A stretch of DNA of 64,000 nucleotides from Roseimaritima sp. (GTDB lineage: Bacteria; Planctomycetota; Planctomycetia; Pirellulales; Pirellulaceae). The stretch's first letter is position 1, and each line of letters starts with the position of its first letter. A model generated the notes under the pieces. That model searched no databases, had not been told where the DNA came from, and saw only the letters and a list, made by a program, of their open reading frames with translations. The stretch is from contig JBLWXR010000002.1 of assembly GCA_048267365.1 (NCBI GenBank), positions 44,240 to 108,239 of the forward strand, given 5' to 3'. Below, one piece after another: positions 47,022-56,489 of the stretch. The position numbers and the translations under genes were made by a program.

Positions 47022-47049
47022 GGAAAACTTGCGGGCCGACGCTATCGTA
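47022..47049 (+). promoter_or_regulatory. candidate ECF-type promoter upstream of the sigma factor gene
   Basis: GGAAAAC (47022-47028), a 17-nt spacer, then CGTA (47046-47049), about 70 nt upstream of the GTG at 47121. Pattern match only. Confidence 0.25.
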
Positions 47050-47120
47050 CCTAACATGCTATAGGGCGATCCTCTTCATTACCATCGCCATTCGGTACCA
47101 TTTAACCCGTATAGCCGACC

Positions 47121-47672
47121 GTGTCCCTTTCTGAAGTCGATCGCCGTTTACTCGACCAGTGCCTGGAGCAAGCGCCTCGGGCCTGGGAGAATTTTGTGGA
47201 CCGGTTCCTGGGACTGGTCGTGCATGTGGCCAATCATACCGCTCAAACGCGGCAGGTTCCGCTGCGGCCCGAACAGCGAGACGATTTGGTCGCCGACGTG
47301 TTCATGGCGTTGGTCGACAACCAGTTCGCCGTGCTCCGCCGCTTTCGCCGCAATTGCTCCCTGGCCACCTACTTGGCCGTGGTCGCTCGACGGATCATCG
47401 TGCGACGGATGTTGGCCGCCGGGTTTCAGGTGATCGCCGGTGCCGATGCGGTCGATCCGGCCATCGAGGCGACTCATGAGAATCGCATCGCCGATCAGGA
47501 ACAGGTCGAGAAAATGATGGCTCGGCTGGACCCCAAAGAAGCCCACGTGGTCCGCATGTTCCACCTGGAAGGCAAATCGTACGGCGAGATCAGCGCCGCG
47601 GCAGGCTTGCCCGAAAACAGCGTCGGCCCCATGCTCAGCCGCGCGCGTGCCAAACTCCGCAACGACGCCTAG
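47121..47672 (+). CDS. RNA polymerase ECF-type sigma factor
   Basis: 183 aa with a GTG start. Region 2 (DDLVADVFMALV..., FRRNCSLATYLAVVARR) and region 4 (VVRMFHLEGKSYGEISAAAGLPENSVGPMLSRARAKLR). Confidence 0.8.
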   Translation: MSLSEVDRRLLDQCLEQAPRAWENFVDRFLGLVVHVANHTAQTRQVPLRPEQRDDLVADVFMALVDNQFAVLRRFRRNCSLATYLAVVARRIIVRRMLAAGFQVIAGADAVDPAIEATHENRIADQEQVEKMMARLDPKEAHVVRMFHLEGKSYGEISAAAGLPENSVGPMLSRARAKLRNDA

Positions 47673-47711
47673 CGTCGCCGAATCGCCTAATGGCTAGACT
47701 CCGGCGCGGCG

Positions 47712-48881
47712 CTACCGCAGCGTCGTGCCACGCAGCGCGGGCCGGTAAGTGGTCGCCGGGGCGTAGCCCGCACGAGCCGCCTGCAGAACCTTGCCGTCCC
47801 CATCCTGTGGTGGCATCTGCAACACCGATTTGATCTCGTCCGCATCCGGCCAAGCCGTCGACGGCCCGGGGTCTGGAGCGGTGGGCGCCGCGGCACCGGC
47901 AGCCGGTGGCGGCACCAGGTGGGCCGGTGGCGAGCCGGAGAACGCTGGCGGCAGAGGGCCTCCCAGCGTCGCTAGATCGATCTGCTGTGAAGCGTTTTGC
48001 GGCAGCTTAAACAGATCGGGATCGCCGGACAGAATCTGGTTGATCGTGTACTGGCCGATTTCCATTTCCAGCGCCAGAGGCGGCCCTGCGGCGGGCTGCA
48101 GATGGATCTTGACCAGGTGCGGCAGCGAACACTGCTCGGCTTCGTAGTAGCGGTGCTGGGAGGCCAGGGCGCGGGCCACCAGTTGGTTGTCGGGGCCGTA
48201 CAGGTACTGCTCGGTCACCACGCCCGTCTGATCGTTGATCACACACACCCGGCGGTACAGCCCATCGGGCATGGTCAGTTGGCTGCGGACTTCCAATTGG
48301 CCATCGGGGCGTCGCGTGGGCCCCTCGATCACGCTGGCCGGATCCAGGTGCACCAATCCCAGGGCGTCGATCAACCAAGTCGGGTCGACCGGCAGGATCA
48401 TCCGCTGGGCCTGCTGGGCGTAGGCCTCGTGGCGAGCGAAATACAGGGTTTGCCGCACGCCTTCGGGAACCTGCAACCAAAACACTTCCTCGTTGCTGCC
48501 CAGGTCAAACACGGTGACCGGCAGCGGCGAGATTTTGCCTTTCATTCGAAACCGCTTGTCACGCTCCAGCACCAACGTGGAGGACAGCCCTTTGTCGGAC
48601 ATCGAAGGCGCGGTGACGGTCGCTGAGTTGCTTTGCAGTTTGCGAATCGAATCGGTGCGATTGACCACTTCGGCCAACTCTTCCAAAGACGGCACCGACT
48701 CGAACACAATCGGCGGGGCCGCAAAATCAGTCACCCGCTGCTGGCGAAAACAGGCCGCTCCGCCGGCAACCCAGACGACAAACAGCGTTACCAGCAACCG
48801 CAGGATGCGCCGCTGTGCCATCGCGTCCCCTAGTGCCGGTTGCCGCGGAATCTGAGATGGAGCGTTCATTCCGCCTCGCAA
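47712..48881 (-). CDS. hypothetical membrane-anchored protein (possible LolA/DUF4292-like fold); last gene of the ECF operon
   Basis: 389 aa with a TM anchor, ILRLLVTLFVVWVAGGAACF. An alternative start at ATG 48821 removes the 16-bp overlap with the upstream gene. The fold assignment is only an impression. Confidence 0.5.
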   Translation of the reverse strand: MRGGMNAPSQIPRQPALGDAMAQRRILRLLVTLFVVWVAGGAACFRQQRVTDFAAPPIVFESVPSLEELAEVVNRTDSIRKLQSNSATVTAPSMSDKGLSSTLVLERDKRFRMKGKISPLPVTVFDLGSNEEVFWLQVPEGVRQTLYFARHEAYAQQAQRMILPVDPTWLIDALGLVHLDPASVIEGPTRRPDGQLEVRSQLTMPDGLYRRVCVINDQTGVVTEQYLYGPDNQLVARALASQHRYYEAEQCSLPHLVKIHLQPAAGPPLALEMEIGQYTINQILSGDPDLFKLPQNASQQIDLATLGGPLPPAFSGSPPAHLVPPPAAGAAAPTAPDPGPSTAWPDADEIKSVLQMPPQDGDGKVLQAARAGYAPATTYRPALRGTTLR

Positions 48882-49510
48882 TACAGCAGTTCGTTTAATT
48901 CATCGCGCAAGCTCGCCGCCGCAGTGGCTTGGATTTCACATTCGGGCACCTGAATTTGTTCCCCGTCGGCGAGCACTTCGACGGTCAGGTATTTCTGCGG
49001 AGCCGATGGTTTGCCGGCGGGCGTGGGATCCACCAGTTCGTCCGCAACGTCCTCCTCCGGCGGCAGCTCGGCCTCAGGCGCAAGCTCGGCCACAGGTGGG
49101 GCCAGCGGGTTCTCGATTTCCGATTGGTCGACCGGGCGGACGACACGGCGGCGCATCAGCAACAGGGCCAGCAGATAAGCCAATTCGGCGCGTTCTTCGT
49201 TGGTTGCCAGTTGCCGGAGGATTTCGACCAATACGGGATTGGGAGCCAACACCAGTTTTTGCTTACCGGCTTCGGGGATCCGGCCCTTCCACCAGCCCAG
49301 GGCGCCTTCAGGCGGTTCGGTCCAGGCGCGCGCGGAATAGTCGCGCCGCTGCAGTTCGCCGTCTTCGGTGGGCAGGACCACCGAATAAAACGTTTCCCCC
49401 GGTTCCAATGGGCGGTTCTCGGCGTAACACCTGCGTGAGCAGCGGCCAACTTTAAAGTCTGCGAGCACGGTCAATCCATCCAGACAAAGGAATTCAGAGG
49501 ACGTCGTCAT
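48866..49510 (-). CDS. hypothetical protein
   Basis: ORF 48866-49546, with ATG at 49510 (MTTSSEFLCLDG...). No family recognised. The C-terminal half is acidic. Confidence 0.5.
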   Translation of the reverse strand: MTTSSEFLCLDGLTVLADFKVGRCSRRCYAENRPLEPGETFYSVVLPTEDGELQRRDYSARAWTEPPEGALGWWKGRIPEAGKQKLVLAPNPVLVEILRQLATNEERAELAYLLALLLMRRRVVRPVDQSEIENPLAPPVAELAPEAELPPEEDVADELVDPTPAGKPSAPQKYLTVEVLADGEQIQVPECEIQATAAASLRDELNELLYCEAE

Positions 49511-49558
49511 AGCAAACCCCCACCGCGGGACCAATGGCAATCGCAAAAATTGCGTCGT

Positions 49559-49942
49559 TTACTGGGCGCCGAAGAACCGTTTTCCGGTGCCGCCGCTGCC
49601 GATGGGGACGCGCAGCGGTTTGCCGCACCGCGGACACTTGCCCTCGTAGGCCGTCAGGTCGGCGCGGCGGTAGATGCGGGCATACTGGTTGCAACAACGA
49701 AACAGGACGCCCAGAAAGGGCTTCGCAGCCCGGCTGCCACTGGAAGCCGCACCGCTGCCGGCGGTGCCGCCGGCGTCCGCGTTGCTCGGCAAATCCACGG
49801 TGCTGTGCAGGTCTAGCGTGCTGCGCAGATCCCGTGTGCTGTGGCGATCGCGGGAGCCCAACAGGCTTCGAGAGCTTTCGGCATCTCGAGAGCTTTGAGA
49901 ACTGTGAGAGCTTTGGTGATGTTGAGGAGGCGGATCGGCCAT
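49559..49942 (-). CDS. hypothetical small protein with C-terminal Cys-rich zinc-ribbon-like motif
   Basis: 127 aa. The N-terminal half is S/H/R-rich and disordered. The C-terminus is FRCCNQYARIYRRADLTAYEGKCPRCGKPLRVP. It lies 16 bp downstream of the ECF sigma gene. Confidence 0.5.
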   Translation of the reverse strand: MADPPPQHHQSSHSSQSSRDAESSRSLLGSRDRHSTRDLRSTLDLHSTVDLPSNADAGGTAGSGAASSGSRAAKPFLGVLFRCCNQYARIYRRADLTAYEGKCPRCGKPLRVPIGSGGTGKRFFGAQ

Positions 49943-49958
49943 CGCGTTGCTTATACGA

Positions 49959-50534
49959 CTAGGGTTCTTCGCTGGGTTCCTCGGCTTGCCGCATCGCTTC
50001 CAGCGTTTGCCGCAACTGGGTGCGAGCTCGGTTCAGGCGACTGCGGACGGTGCCGATGGAGATTTCCAGAATCTCAGCGATATCCTCATAGGCATGATTC
50101 TCCAATTCCCGCAAGACCATGATGGCTCGATGCTCATCGGACAGCCGGTCGAGTGCCGCTCGCACCATCGCCACCCGTTCGCGTTGCAGCATGCGTTCGT
50201 CGGGGGCATCCACCGAATCGATCGGCTCGCTGCCGGTCACTTCGCGGGTCTGATCGAGCGACAGGGTGGCTCGTTTGCGGCGTCGCCGGGACAGGGCGCT
50301 ATTGAACGCGATGCGGTACAACCAGGTGAAAAAGCGGCTGTTTCGCTGAAAGGTGTGCAGTTTGACGTAGGCCCGCACGAAGGCTTCCTGGACCACATCC
50401 TCGGCCTCTTCGGCTGATCGGGTGACTTGCAGCATGGCCCCAAAGAGACGGTCCTGATGTGTTTGCACCAGCCTGCCAAACGCTTCGGTATCCCCCTGTA
50501 GGGCGGCGTCGATCAATTCCGCCTCTTCGCTCAC
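49959..50534 (-). CDS. RNA polymerase ECF-type sigma factor
   Basis: 191 aa: AFGRLVQTHQDRLFGAMLQVTRSAEEAEDVVQEAFVRAY, FFTWLYRIAFNSAL, and region 4 IMVLRELENHAYEDIAEILEISIGTVRSRLNRAR. Confidence 0.85.
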   Translation of the reverse strand: MSEEAELIDAALQGDTEAFGRLVQTHQDRLFGAMLQVTRSAEEAEDVVQEAFVRAYVKLHTFQRNSRFFTWLYRIAFNSALSRRRRKRATLSLDQTREVTGSEPIDSVDAPDERMLQRERVAMVRAALDRLSDEHRAIMVLRELENHAYEDIAEILEISIGTVRSRLNRARTQLRQTLEAMRQAEEPSEEP

Positions 50535-50615
50535 ACGCTGCCTGCCTTACGATACTCATAAATGGTTAAATTCTTCCTGCCTCGGTGGGACTTCATATTA
50601 GCAGCCCGGCGGACT

Positions 50616-50640
50616 TTCGTAGCCTTCGCCGCTCAGTTCC
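50616..50640 (-). promoter_or_regulatory. candidate autoregulatory ECF promoter
   Basis: The minus strand reads GGAAC (50640-50636), a 16-nt spacer, then CGAA (50619-50616), about 80 nt upstream of the sigma gene start at 50534. Pattern match only. Confidence 0.25.
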
Positions 50641-50800
50641 CTAAAAAAACCGGGGTTGCCCGGCCCCCTGGGCGGCTGACATGCCAAGGGATCGGCCGTT
50701 TCTCCGCCCACCAGCGGCTCTCCCTGTGGTCCTGGCCCCGGCGACGAATTAGGCTGGAGGGATTCCCACCTAATTCCCTCCCCTAAAGTGTTAGAGATCG

Positions 50801-51646
50801 ATGATGCGTTGTTGCGTATTACTGAACCTGACGGTTGCCTGCTGTTTGAGTTTTCCCAGTTTTGGTTTCGCTGACGACCCACCTCGCCTGTTTCCCGATG
50901 CCGGCCTGGAAGCCGCCGTCCGCGCCGAAGTGTTTGCCAAGCGATACAACGAAGAACCGCTTACCAAAGAAGACGTGCAGAACATTTCTCGCGTCGTGGG
51001 ACGCGGCAAAGAGATCAAGAGCCTGGAAGGCCTGCAGCACTGCCCGGCCGTGATGCTGCTGGATTTCGAAGACAACGCGATCACGGATTTAACTCCCATC
51101 GCTAACTTAAAACGATTGCAATCGGTGACTCTGGCGGGAAACCAAATCGAAGACCTGCAGCCGCTGAAAGACCTGACCGGTATCCAGCTGCTGGACGTGT
51201 CGCGCAACAAAGTCAAAGATTTGGCTCCCCTGACCGCGATGACCAACCTGCGGACGCTGTACGTGGCCGACAACCAACTGACCACGCTGCAGCCGATCGC
51301 CGAGCTGTCCAAAATCTGGTCGCTGGACGTCCAGAACAATCAGCTGAGCGATCTGCAGCCGATCGCCAAACTCAACTGGCTCACCACGCTGAACCTTCGC
51401 GGCAACGCCATCCAAGAACTGCAACCGTTGACCGAACTGCGGGAGCTGAATCTGTTGTTGATCAGTAACAACCAGATCAGCAATCTGCAGCCGCTGGTCG
51501 AAATGTGCCAAAAAGATGCCGAGGGTGCCAAACGCTTCGCTCCCTACCTGCGTCTGTACCTGGGCGAAAATCCGCTCAGCGAAGAAGCCAAGACCAAGCA
51601 GATCGAAGCCCTCAAAGCGGTCGGCGTGGACGTCTTCGACGAGTAA
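50801..51646 (+). CDS. secreted leucine-rich repeat (internalin-like) protein
   Basis: 281 aa with a signal peptide and about eight 22-residue LRRs (LxxLxxLxLxxNxIxDLxPL). Confidence 0.8.
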   Translation: MMRCCVLLNLTVACCLSFPSFGFADDPPRLFPDAGLEAAVRAEVFAKRYNEEPLTKEDVQNISRVVGRGKEIKSLEGLQHCPAVMLLDFEDNAITDLTPIANLKRLQSVTLAGNQIEDLQPLKDLTGIQLLDVSRNKVKDLAPLTAMTNLRTLYVADNQLTTLQPIAELSKIWSLDVQNNQLSDLQPIAKLNWLTTLNLRGNAIQELQPLTELRELNLLLISNNQISNLQPLVEMCQKDAEGAKRFAPYLRLYLGENPLSEEAKTKQIEALKAVGVDVFDE

Positions 51647-51710
51647 CCCCGCGGGGTACGGGCTTGCCGGTTCGCCCCATCGAGCAACGGACAAGCTGAA
51701 GGCTCAACGC

Positions 51711-52589
51711 TTAAAACATCCGCCGCAATAAGTCGTGGTTGCGAACCGCTTCGTAGCCGCCCAGGATGGTGCCCGCGGACAAATCGTCCGCGGTCATCTG
51801 CTCCAGCACTCGATCCGCTTGATCGGCTCCGTTCTGCATCCGCTGCAACCACAGTGACTTCATCAACCCGACCGAGTCAAACAGGTCGGGCCGCAAACAC
51901 AGCATCACGGCTTGAGCGACCTGGCGGTTGGCTTCGGGCAGGGCCACGATCGCCGAGGTACGACGCTGCAGGGTGTCGCGCATGGTGACGGCGGCCAGCC
52001 AGTTGGCGGTATCCCGGGCGGCGCCGGCCGGCAGCGAGCGGGCATCGGCGGCGTGTGCGGCCGCGCGGCGCTGATTGATGGCGTATTCCAGCGGTTCGGG
52101 AAACTGCGCCGCCATGGCTCCCAACAGCACGTCGGTCCAGCGTTCGACTTCGGTCCGCAAACGGTTCAGCCGCACCGCTTCGTCGATGCTGCCGCCACGG
52201 CCATAGACCATCAACTGCAACACCCGGTTGCGAGCTTCGATGTGGGTCAGATGGACCGAATGCAACACCGGCTTGATCTCACTCTGGCTGCACTGCCGAT
52301 CCAGCCCGGCTCCCAAAGCCGCGTACACACGCGTCAACATTTCGCTGACCAACACCTCTTCCAGCAACGGAGTGTGTTCGTCCCACCAGCGACGCAGCAA
52401 CACGGCCACGCCCGATTTTTCGATCTGCCGATAGCGTCCGATGGCATGGTGCCATAGATCGAAGCGATGCCGACTGGCGGTCCAGTAGTCGGTCATCGCT
52501 TCGGTTGGCAGCATTTTGCGGTGGTAAAGCAAGCCCGGGCCATAGTGTGCCAGGACAGCGGCCAAATCAGCGGTGTTCACGGAATGCAT
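51711..52589 (-). CDS. hypothetical protein (all-helical)
   Basis: 292-aa ORF with coding-like composition. No family recognised. Confidence 0.5.
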   Translation of the reverse strand: MHSVNTADLAAVLAHYGPGLLYHRKMLPTEAMTDYWTASRHRFDLWHHAIGRYRQIEKSGVAVLLRRWWDEHTPLLEEVLVSEMLTRVYAALGAGLDRQCSQSEIKPVLHSVHLTHIEARNRVLQLMVYGRGGSIDEAVRLNRLRTEVERWTDVLLGAMAAQFPEPLEYAINQRRAAAHAADARSLPAGAARDTANWLAAVTMRDTLQRRTSAIVALPEANRQVAQAVMLCLRPDLFDSVGLMKSLWLQRMQNGADQADRVLEQMTADDLSAGTILGGYEAVRNHDLLRRMF

Positions 52590-52864
52590 GGTTTAGAGAG
52601 CCCAACAACATGGCGAGAGCGGGGATATACGTCGATGCCAGCTATCGCACGCCCCGTGCCGAACGCTCCGGGGACGCCTGCACGGCCCCCTCAAGTCTTT
52701 GCCAGATAGAAACTTAGCGAGATGCCAACCAATTGAGCGTGCGTCCACACGTAGCGATTTCGCCACCACCGGCGTTGCACTCCCGCAACATCTGCCCCGG
52801 GCCCCTCAAAATCCTGTAGTTTGTCTTGACTGCTTGGCTTGGGGGTTGCTAGGGTCCATCCGCT

Positions 52865-54052
52865 ATGCACCCGTTCAGCCTATCGATCTGCCGTGTTTGC
52901 CTGTGGTTCGCCGTTGCCCTTGGGGTGGCCGCGATCGCCGATTCCCGCTGCGCCCGTTTGACAGCACAACAGGCCGCTGAGGCCTCGGGGTATGTGCTGC
53001 TGCGAAATGGCAACGTGTTGCGTGGCGAAGCCAAACAGGATGGCGTCTTTATCAATGTGGAACAGACCAACGTGGCCACCGTCCGCTTGCCGCAATCGGA
53101 AGTGCTGTGTTGGGCGCCGCGCCTGGAAGACCTCTACAGCTACCGGCTGCAACACCGCAAGCCACACAGTCTGACGGCCCGCTTCGAAGACTTGCGTTGG
53201 TGCATCCAACAGGGCCTGCTGGAGATCGCCGAACGGGAGCTGCAGCAATTGCAGGAGTTAGCGCCGAGCGATCGGCGGGTGGTCTCGATGACGGCCTTGC
53301 TGGACAGCGCGCAGCGTCGCCAACAAGCCGCTGCCGCCCCGCAAGCAAGCACCGCTTCCGCTGACCCCGCTTCCGCTAACCCCGCTTCCGCTGATTCTGC
53401 AGCCGATCCCCTGGCCAGCTCGGACGTGCCGGTAGCCCATCAACCGCGGCGTCCGGAATTGCTGGGCTCGCTGTCAGCCGCTCCGCTCGACGGCGGCTCC
53501 CCGGTGGTCATCGACACCGAAGCCGAAGTCGAAGCCCTCCCGCGCGAGCTGCTGGTCACCTACACCAAACGCATTCAGCCACTGCTGATCAATCGCTGTG
53601 GACAAGCCGGTTGTCATGGCGGCGCGTCGACGGCCGTCTGGCAGCTGGAACACTTTGGGTCCTCCTACGGGTTGCCGGCGAATTTCACCCGCCAGAACCT
53701 CGGCAGTCTGTTGCATTGGTTGCACGGCGAGCAAGCCGAAGCCAGCCCGCTGCTGGTCCGTGCGACGCAACCACACGGCGGCCGCGACAGCGCTCCGTTG
53801 GGACCGCGAGAAGCAGACCTGCAGCAGAGTCTGCGAGCCTGGATCACGGCCATGGTCCAGCGTCACGCTTCCGGCGGAGCCCTGGCCAAGACGCCCACCG
53901 GCGACCCCATGTTCGCCTCGCAAGCCTCGCACGAATCGTCCGCTGCCGCTTATCACCCCGGTGCGAGTTCGGCGGGCAAACCCACGCGCTTGCCGCCGGT
54001 TGAGGATCCGTTTGATCCCGCCGACTTCAATCGCATCTATCACGCTCACTGA
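52865..54052 (+). CDS. hypothetical secreted protein
   Basis: 395 aa with a signal peptide, ICRVCLWFAVALGVAAIA. It contains LLINRCGQAGCHGG and a 15-bp-repeat-encoded PASA(D/N) stretch. Confidence 0.5.
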   Translation: MHPFSLSICRVCLWFAVALGVAAIADSRCARLTAQQAAEASGYVLLRNGNVLRGEAKQDGVFINVEQTNVATVRLPQSEVLCWAPRLEDLYSYRLQHRKPHSLTARFEDLRWCIQQGLLEIAERELQQLQELAPSDRRVVSMTALLDSAQRRQQAAAAPQASTASADPASANPASADSAADPLASSDVPVAHQPRRPELLGSLSAAPLDGGSPVVIDTEAEVEALPRELLVTYTKRIQPLLINRCGQAGCHGGASTAVWQLEHFGSSYGLPANFTRQNLGSLLHWLHGEQAEASPLLVRATQPHGGRDSAPLGPREADLQQSLRAWITAMVQRHASGGALAKTPTGDPMFASQASHESSAAAYHPGASSAGKPTRLPPVEDPFDPADFNRIYHAH

Positions 54053-54150
54053 CAGCCTGTCGGTAGAAGCCTTTCGCCCGGATGGTTGATCAGCCGCCGG
54101 GCGTTCTCTTGGGGCCACACCCAGCTGATGGCTGCGGAACGTGAAATCTA

Positions 54151-54744
54151 TTGATGAAACATTGGAACCCACGGTTATTCGCAACCTACGTTTCAGTAGT
54201 TTCTGCGCGGACGATGGTTGCGGCACCCCCTGGCGTGCCGTGCCAACCCGCGCAACCCCTGCAACCCGCCAGGCGCGCGTTGCCAGACCTACCTACCGGA
54301 ACGGTTACTGTGCTGGATTCCTCACGATCGAAACTGCTGCTGGTTGAATCGGAGTCGTTGTTGGCGGATTTAACCAGTTTTCGTCTAGAACTGTTGGGTT
54401 ACCACATTCAATGTCTGACCGCGGGCAGTGAAGTGCTGGCGGCGTTGTCCCGCGAAGTCCCCGACCTATTGATCGTCGGCACCACGCTGCTCGACGGCGA
54501 CAGCATCGAACTGGTCGCGCGGCTCCGCAATCAATACCCCGCCGAACAACTTCCGATCCTGGTTTGTTCCCTCGACCCGTCGTTGGAGACCGTCGAGCGA
54601 GCTTTTGCCGCCGGAGCTCAGGACTACCTAATCACGCCCTTTGACCCGGCGGTGCTGGAGCAGAAGATTCAGTATCTGTTGCACCCCGCGGTCGGTTCCG
54701 GCTGGCGATCCTCCTCTCGATCCACCCGCGGAGCAGCTCGATGA
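54151..54744 (+). CDS. response-regulator receiver-like protein lacking phospho-acceptor residues (pseudo-receiver)
   Basis: The receiver fold is recognisable (KLLLVESES..., PDLLIVGTTLLDGDS, LPILVCS, DYLITPFD). The positions equivalent to CheY D12/D13, D57 and K109 read E/S, G and T. The true start is probably downstream (ATG 54214 or GTG 54310). The stop overlaps the ATPase start. Confidence 0.65.
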   Translation: MMKHWNPRLFATYVSVVSARTMVAAPPGVPCQPAQPLQPARRALPDLPTGTVTVLDSSRSKLLLVESESLLADLTSFRLELLGYHIQCLTAGSEVLAALSREVPDLLIVGTTLLDGDSIELVARLRNQYPAEQLPILVCSLDPSLETVERAFAAGAQDYLITPFDPAVLEQKIQYLLHPAVGSGWRSSSRSTRGAAR

Positions 54745-56477
54745 CGCGACGCTTAGGTGACGTACTGCTGGAACAACAACGGTTGTCAGCCGAGCAGATC
54801 GAAGAAGCGCTGCGGACCAAACCGCGAGGCGTGATGCTGGGCGACTGGATGGTCGAGCAGCAGTTGCTCAACACGGCCGAATTGATCCAAGCCTTGGCGG
54901 AACAGTTTCAGGTCCCAGCGTTGGACATCGATTCCAGTTCCGTCGATCCACAGATCGCGCGGCTGATCCCCGAAGACTTTGCTCGCAGCCACGAATCGGC
55001 CGCGGTGCGAATTTCCGGTCGGCAAATGACTCTGGCCATGGTGGCGCCCGACGATATCGAAACGATCGCCGAAGCGGAATTGATGACGGGTTACGAAATC
55101 GTGCCGGTGGTGGCCTTGGCGGAAGACGTCACCTTGGTCCTGCAGCGAGCCTACGACGACCGCTCGTTGGCCCGGCAAACGATTGTCGACATGAAAATGG
55201 CCGAACTGCGTGAAGCTCGCCAAGCCGGGGAAGACGACGCCACGATGGCCGTGTTGGTCGACTCCGATGACACGCCGGTGGTGCGGTTGGTGCAAGCCAT
55301 CTTGTCGGGAGCCGCCACGGCCAAGGCCAGCGACGTACACCTGGAACCCCACAAGCCCGAAATGCGAGTGCGGTACCGTGTGGACGGGGAACTGCAACAA
55401 ATCATGACCATCCCCAACCATATCGAAGATTCGGTGATCAGCCGCATCAAGGTCATGGCCGACATGGATACGACCGAAAGCCGGCGCCCGCAAGACGGAC
55501 ACCTGGTGGTGTTTGAAAACGGTAAACGCGTGGGCTTCCGCGTCAGCAGTATCCCCACCGTGGACGGTCAAAAACTGGTGTTGCGATTGCTGGACGAAGG
55601 CGGCAAAACCTTTCAACTCGATCGCTTGGGGATGACCGAACGCGATCAGCAACGAGTGCGTGATGTCATCGAAAAACCCTACGGGATGTTTGTGGTGACC
55701 GGTCCCACCGGCAGCGGCAAAAGCACGACGCTGTACGCCGTCCTACAGCATCTGAACAGCGTCGACCGCAATATCGTCACGGTCGAAGACCCGGTCGAAT
55801 TCCGTTTGCCCGGCATCAATCAGGTGCAAAGCGACAATGAGTTTGGTATGGGCTTCGGCAATGCGCTGAAATACATCATGCGGCAGGACCCCGACGTGAT
55901 CATGGTCGGCGAAATCCGCGACCGCGAAACCGCCGGCACCGCCGTCCAAGCAGCATTGACCGGACACCTGATGATCAGCACACTGCACACCAATGACGCC
56001 GTAGGTGCGGTGCAACGATTAAGTGACCTGGGAATCGACAATTTTAAAATCGCCGGCGCCCTGTTGGGCAGTGTTGCCCAACGTTTGCTCCGCTGCATCT
56101 GCGAGAACTGCAAAGAACCGACCACCGCCAACGCCAGTTTACTGCGAGCTCTGGACACGGCCGGACGCGTGCCTGCTGAGGCCACGTTCTATCGCGGCCG
56201 AGGTTGCAAGAAATGCCTCGGCACCGGCTTGGCCGGCCGCTTGCCGATCTTCGAAATCATGCCCATGCAAGCGGAGATGGTGGCCGCCGTGGAAGCCGGC
56301 ATGCCCCATTCGCAGTTGCGTGAACTGGCGATTCAATCCGGCATGGTCGAACTGGCACAAGCCGGACTGGAACAAGCCTTGGCCGGACGCACCACGCTGG
56401 AAGAGGTCTACATCAAAACCATGTCCGATGGTTGGGACCGTCGCCAGGGTAGCGAAGACCGACGCGAGCAGGAATAA
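54741..56477 (+). CDS. GspE/PilB family secretion ATPase with N-terminal T2SSE_N (MshEN-like) domain
   Basis: 578 aa. Walker A GPTGSGKSTT, Walker B DPDVIMVGEIRD, His box GHLMISTLHTND and tetra-Cys CENC...CKKC. The N-terminus has tandem 24-residue LGxxLLxxxxL...AL motifs. Confidence 0.9.
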   Translation: MTRRLGDVLLEQQRLSAEQIEEALRTKPRGVMLGDWMVEQQLLNTAELIQALAEQFQVPALDIDSSSVDPQIARLIPEDFARSHESAAVRISGRQMTLAMVAPDDIETIAEAELMTGYEIVPVVALAEDVTLVLQRAYDDRSLARQTIVDMKMAELREARQAGEDDATMAVLVDSDDTPVVRLVQAILSGAATAKASDVHLEPHKPEMRVRYRVDGELQQIMTIPNHIEDSVISRIKVMADMDTTESRRPQDGHLVVFENGKRVGFRVSSIPTVDGQKLVLRLLDEGGKTFQLDRLGMTERDQQRVRDVIEKPYGMFVVTGPTGSGKSTTLYAVLQHLNSVDRNIVTVEDPVEFRLPGINQVQSDNEFGMGFGNALKYIMRQDPDVIMVGEIRDRETAGTAVQAALTGHLMISTLHTNDAVGAVQRLSDLGIDNFKIAGALLGSVAQRLLRCICENCKEPTTANASLLRALDTAGRVPAEATFYRGRGCKKCLGTGLAGRLPIFEIMPMQAEMVAAVEAGMPHSQLRELAIQSGMVELAQAGLEQALAGRTTLEEVYIKTMSDGWDRRQGSEDRREQE

Positions 56478-56489
56478 GGACTCTCATCG

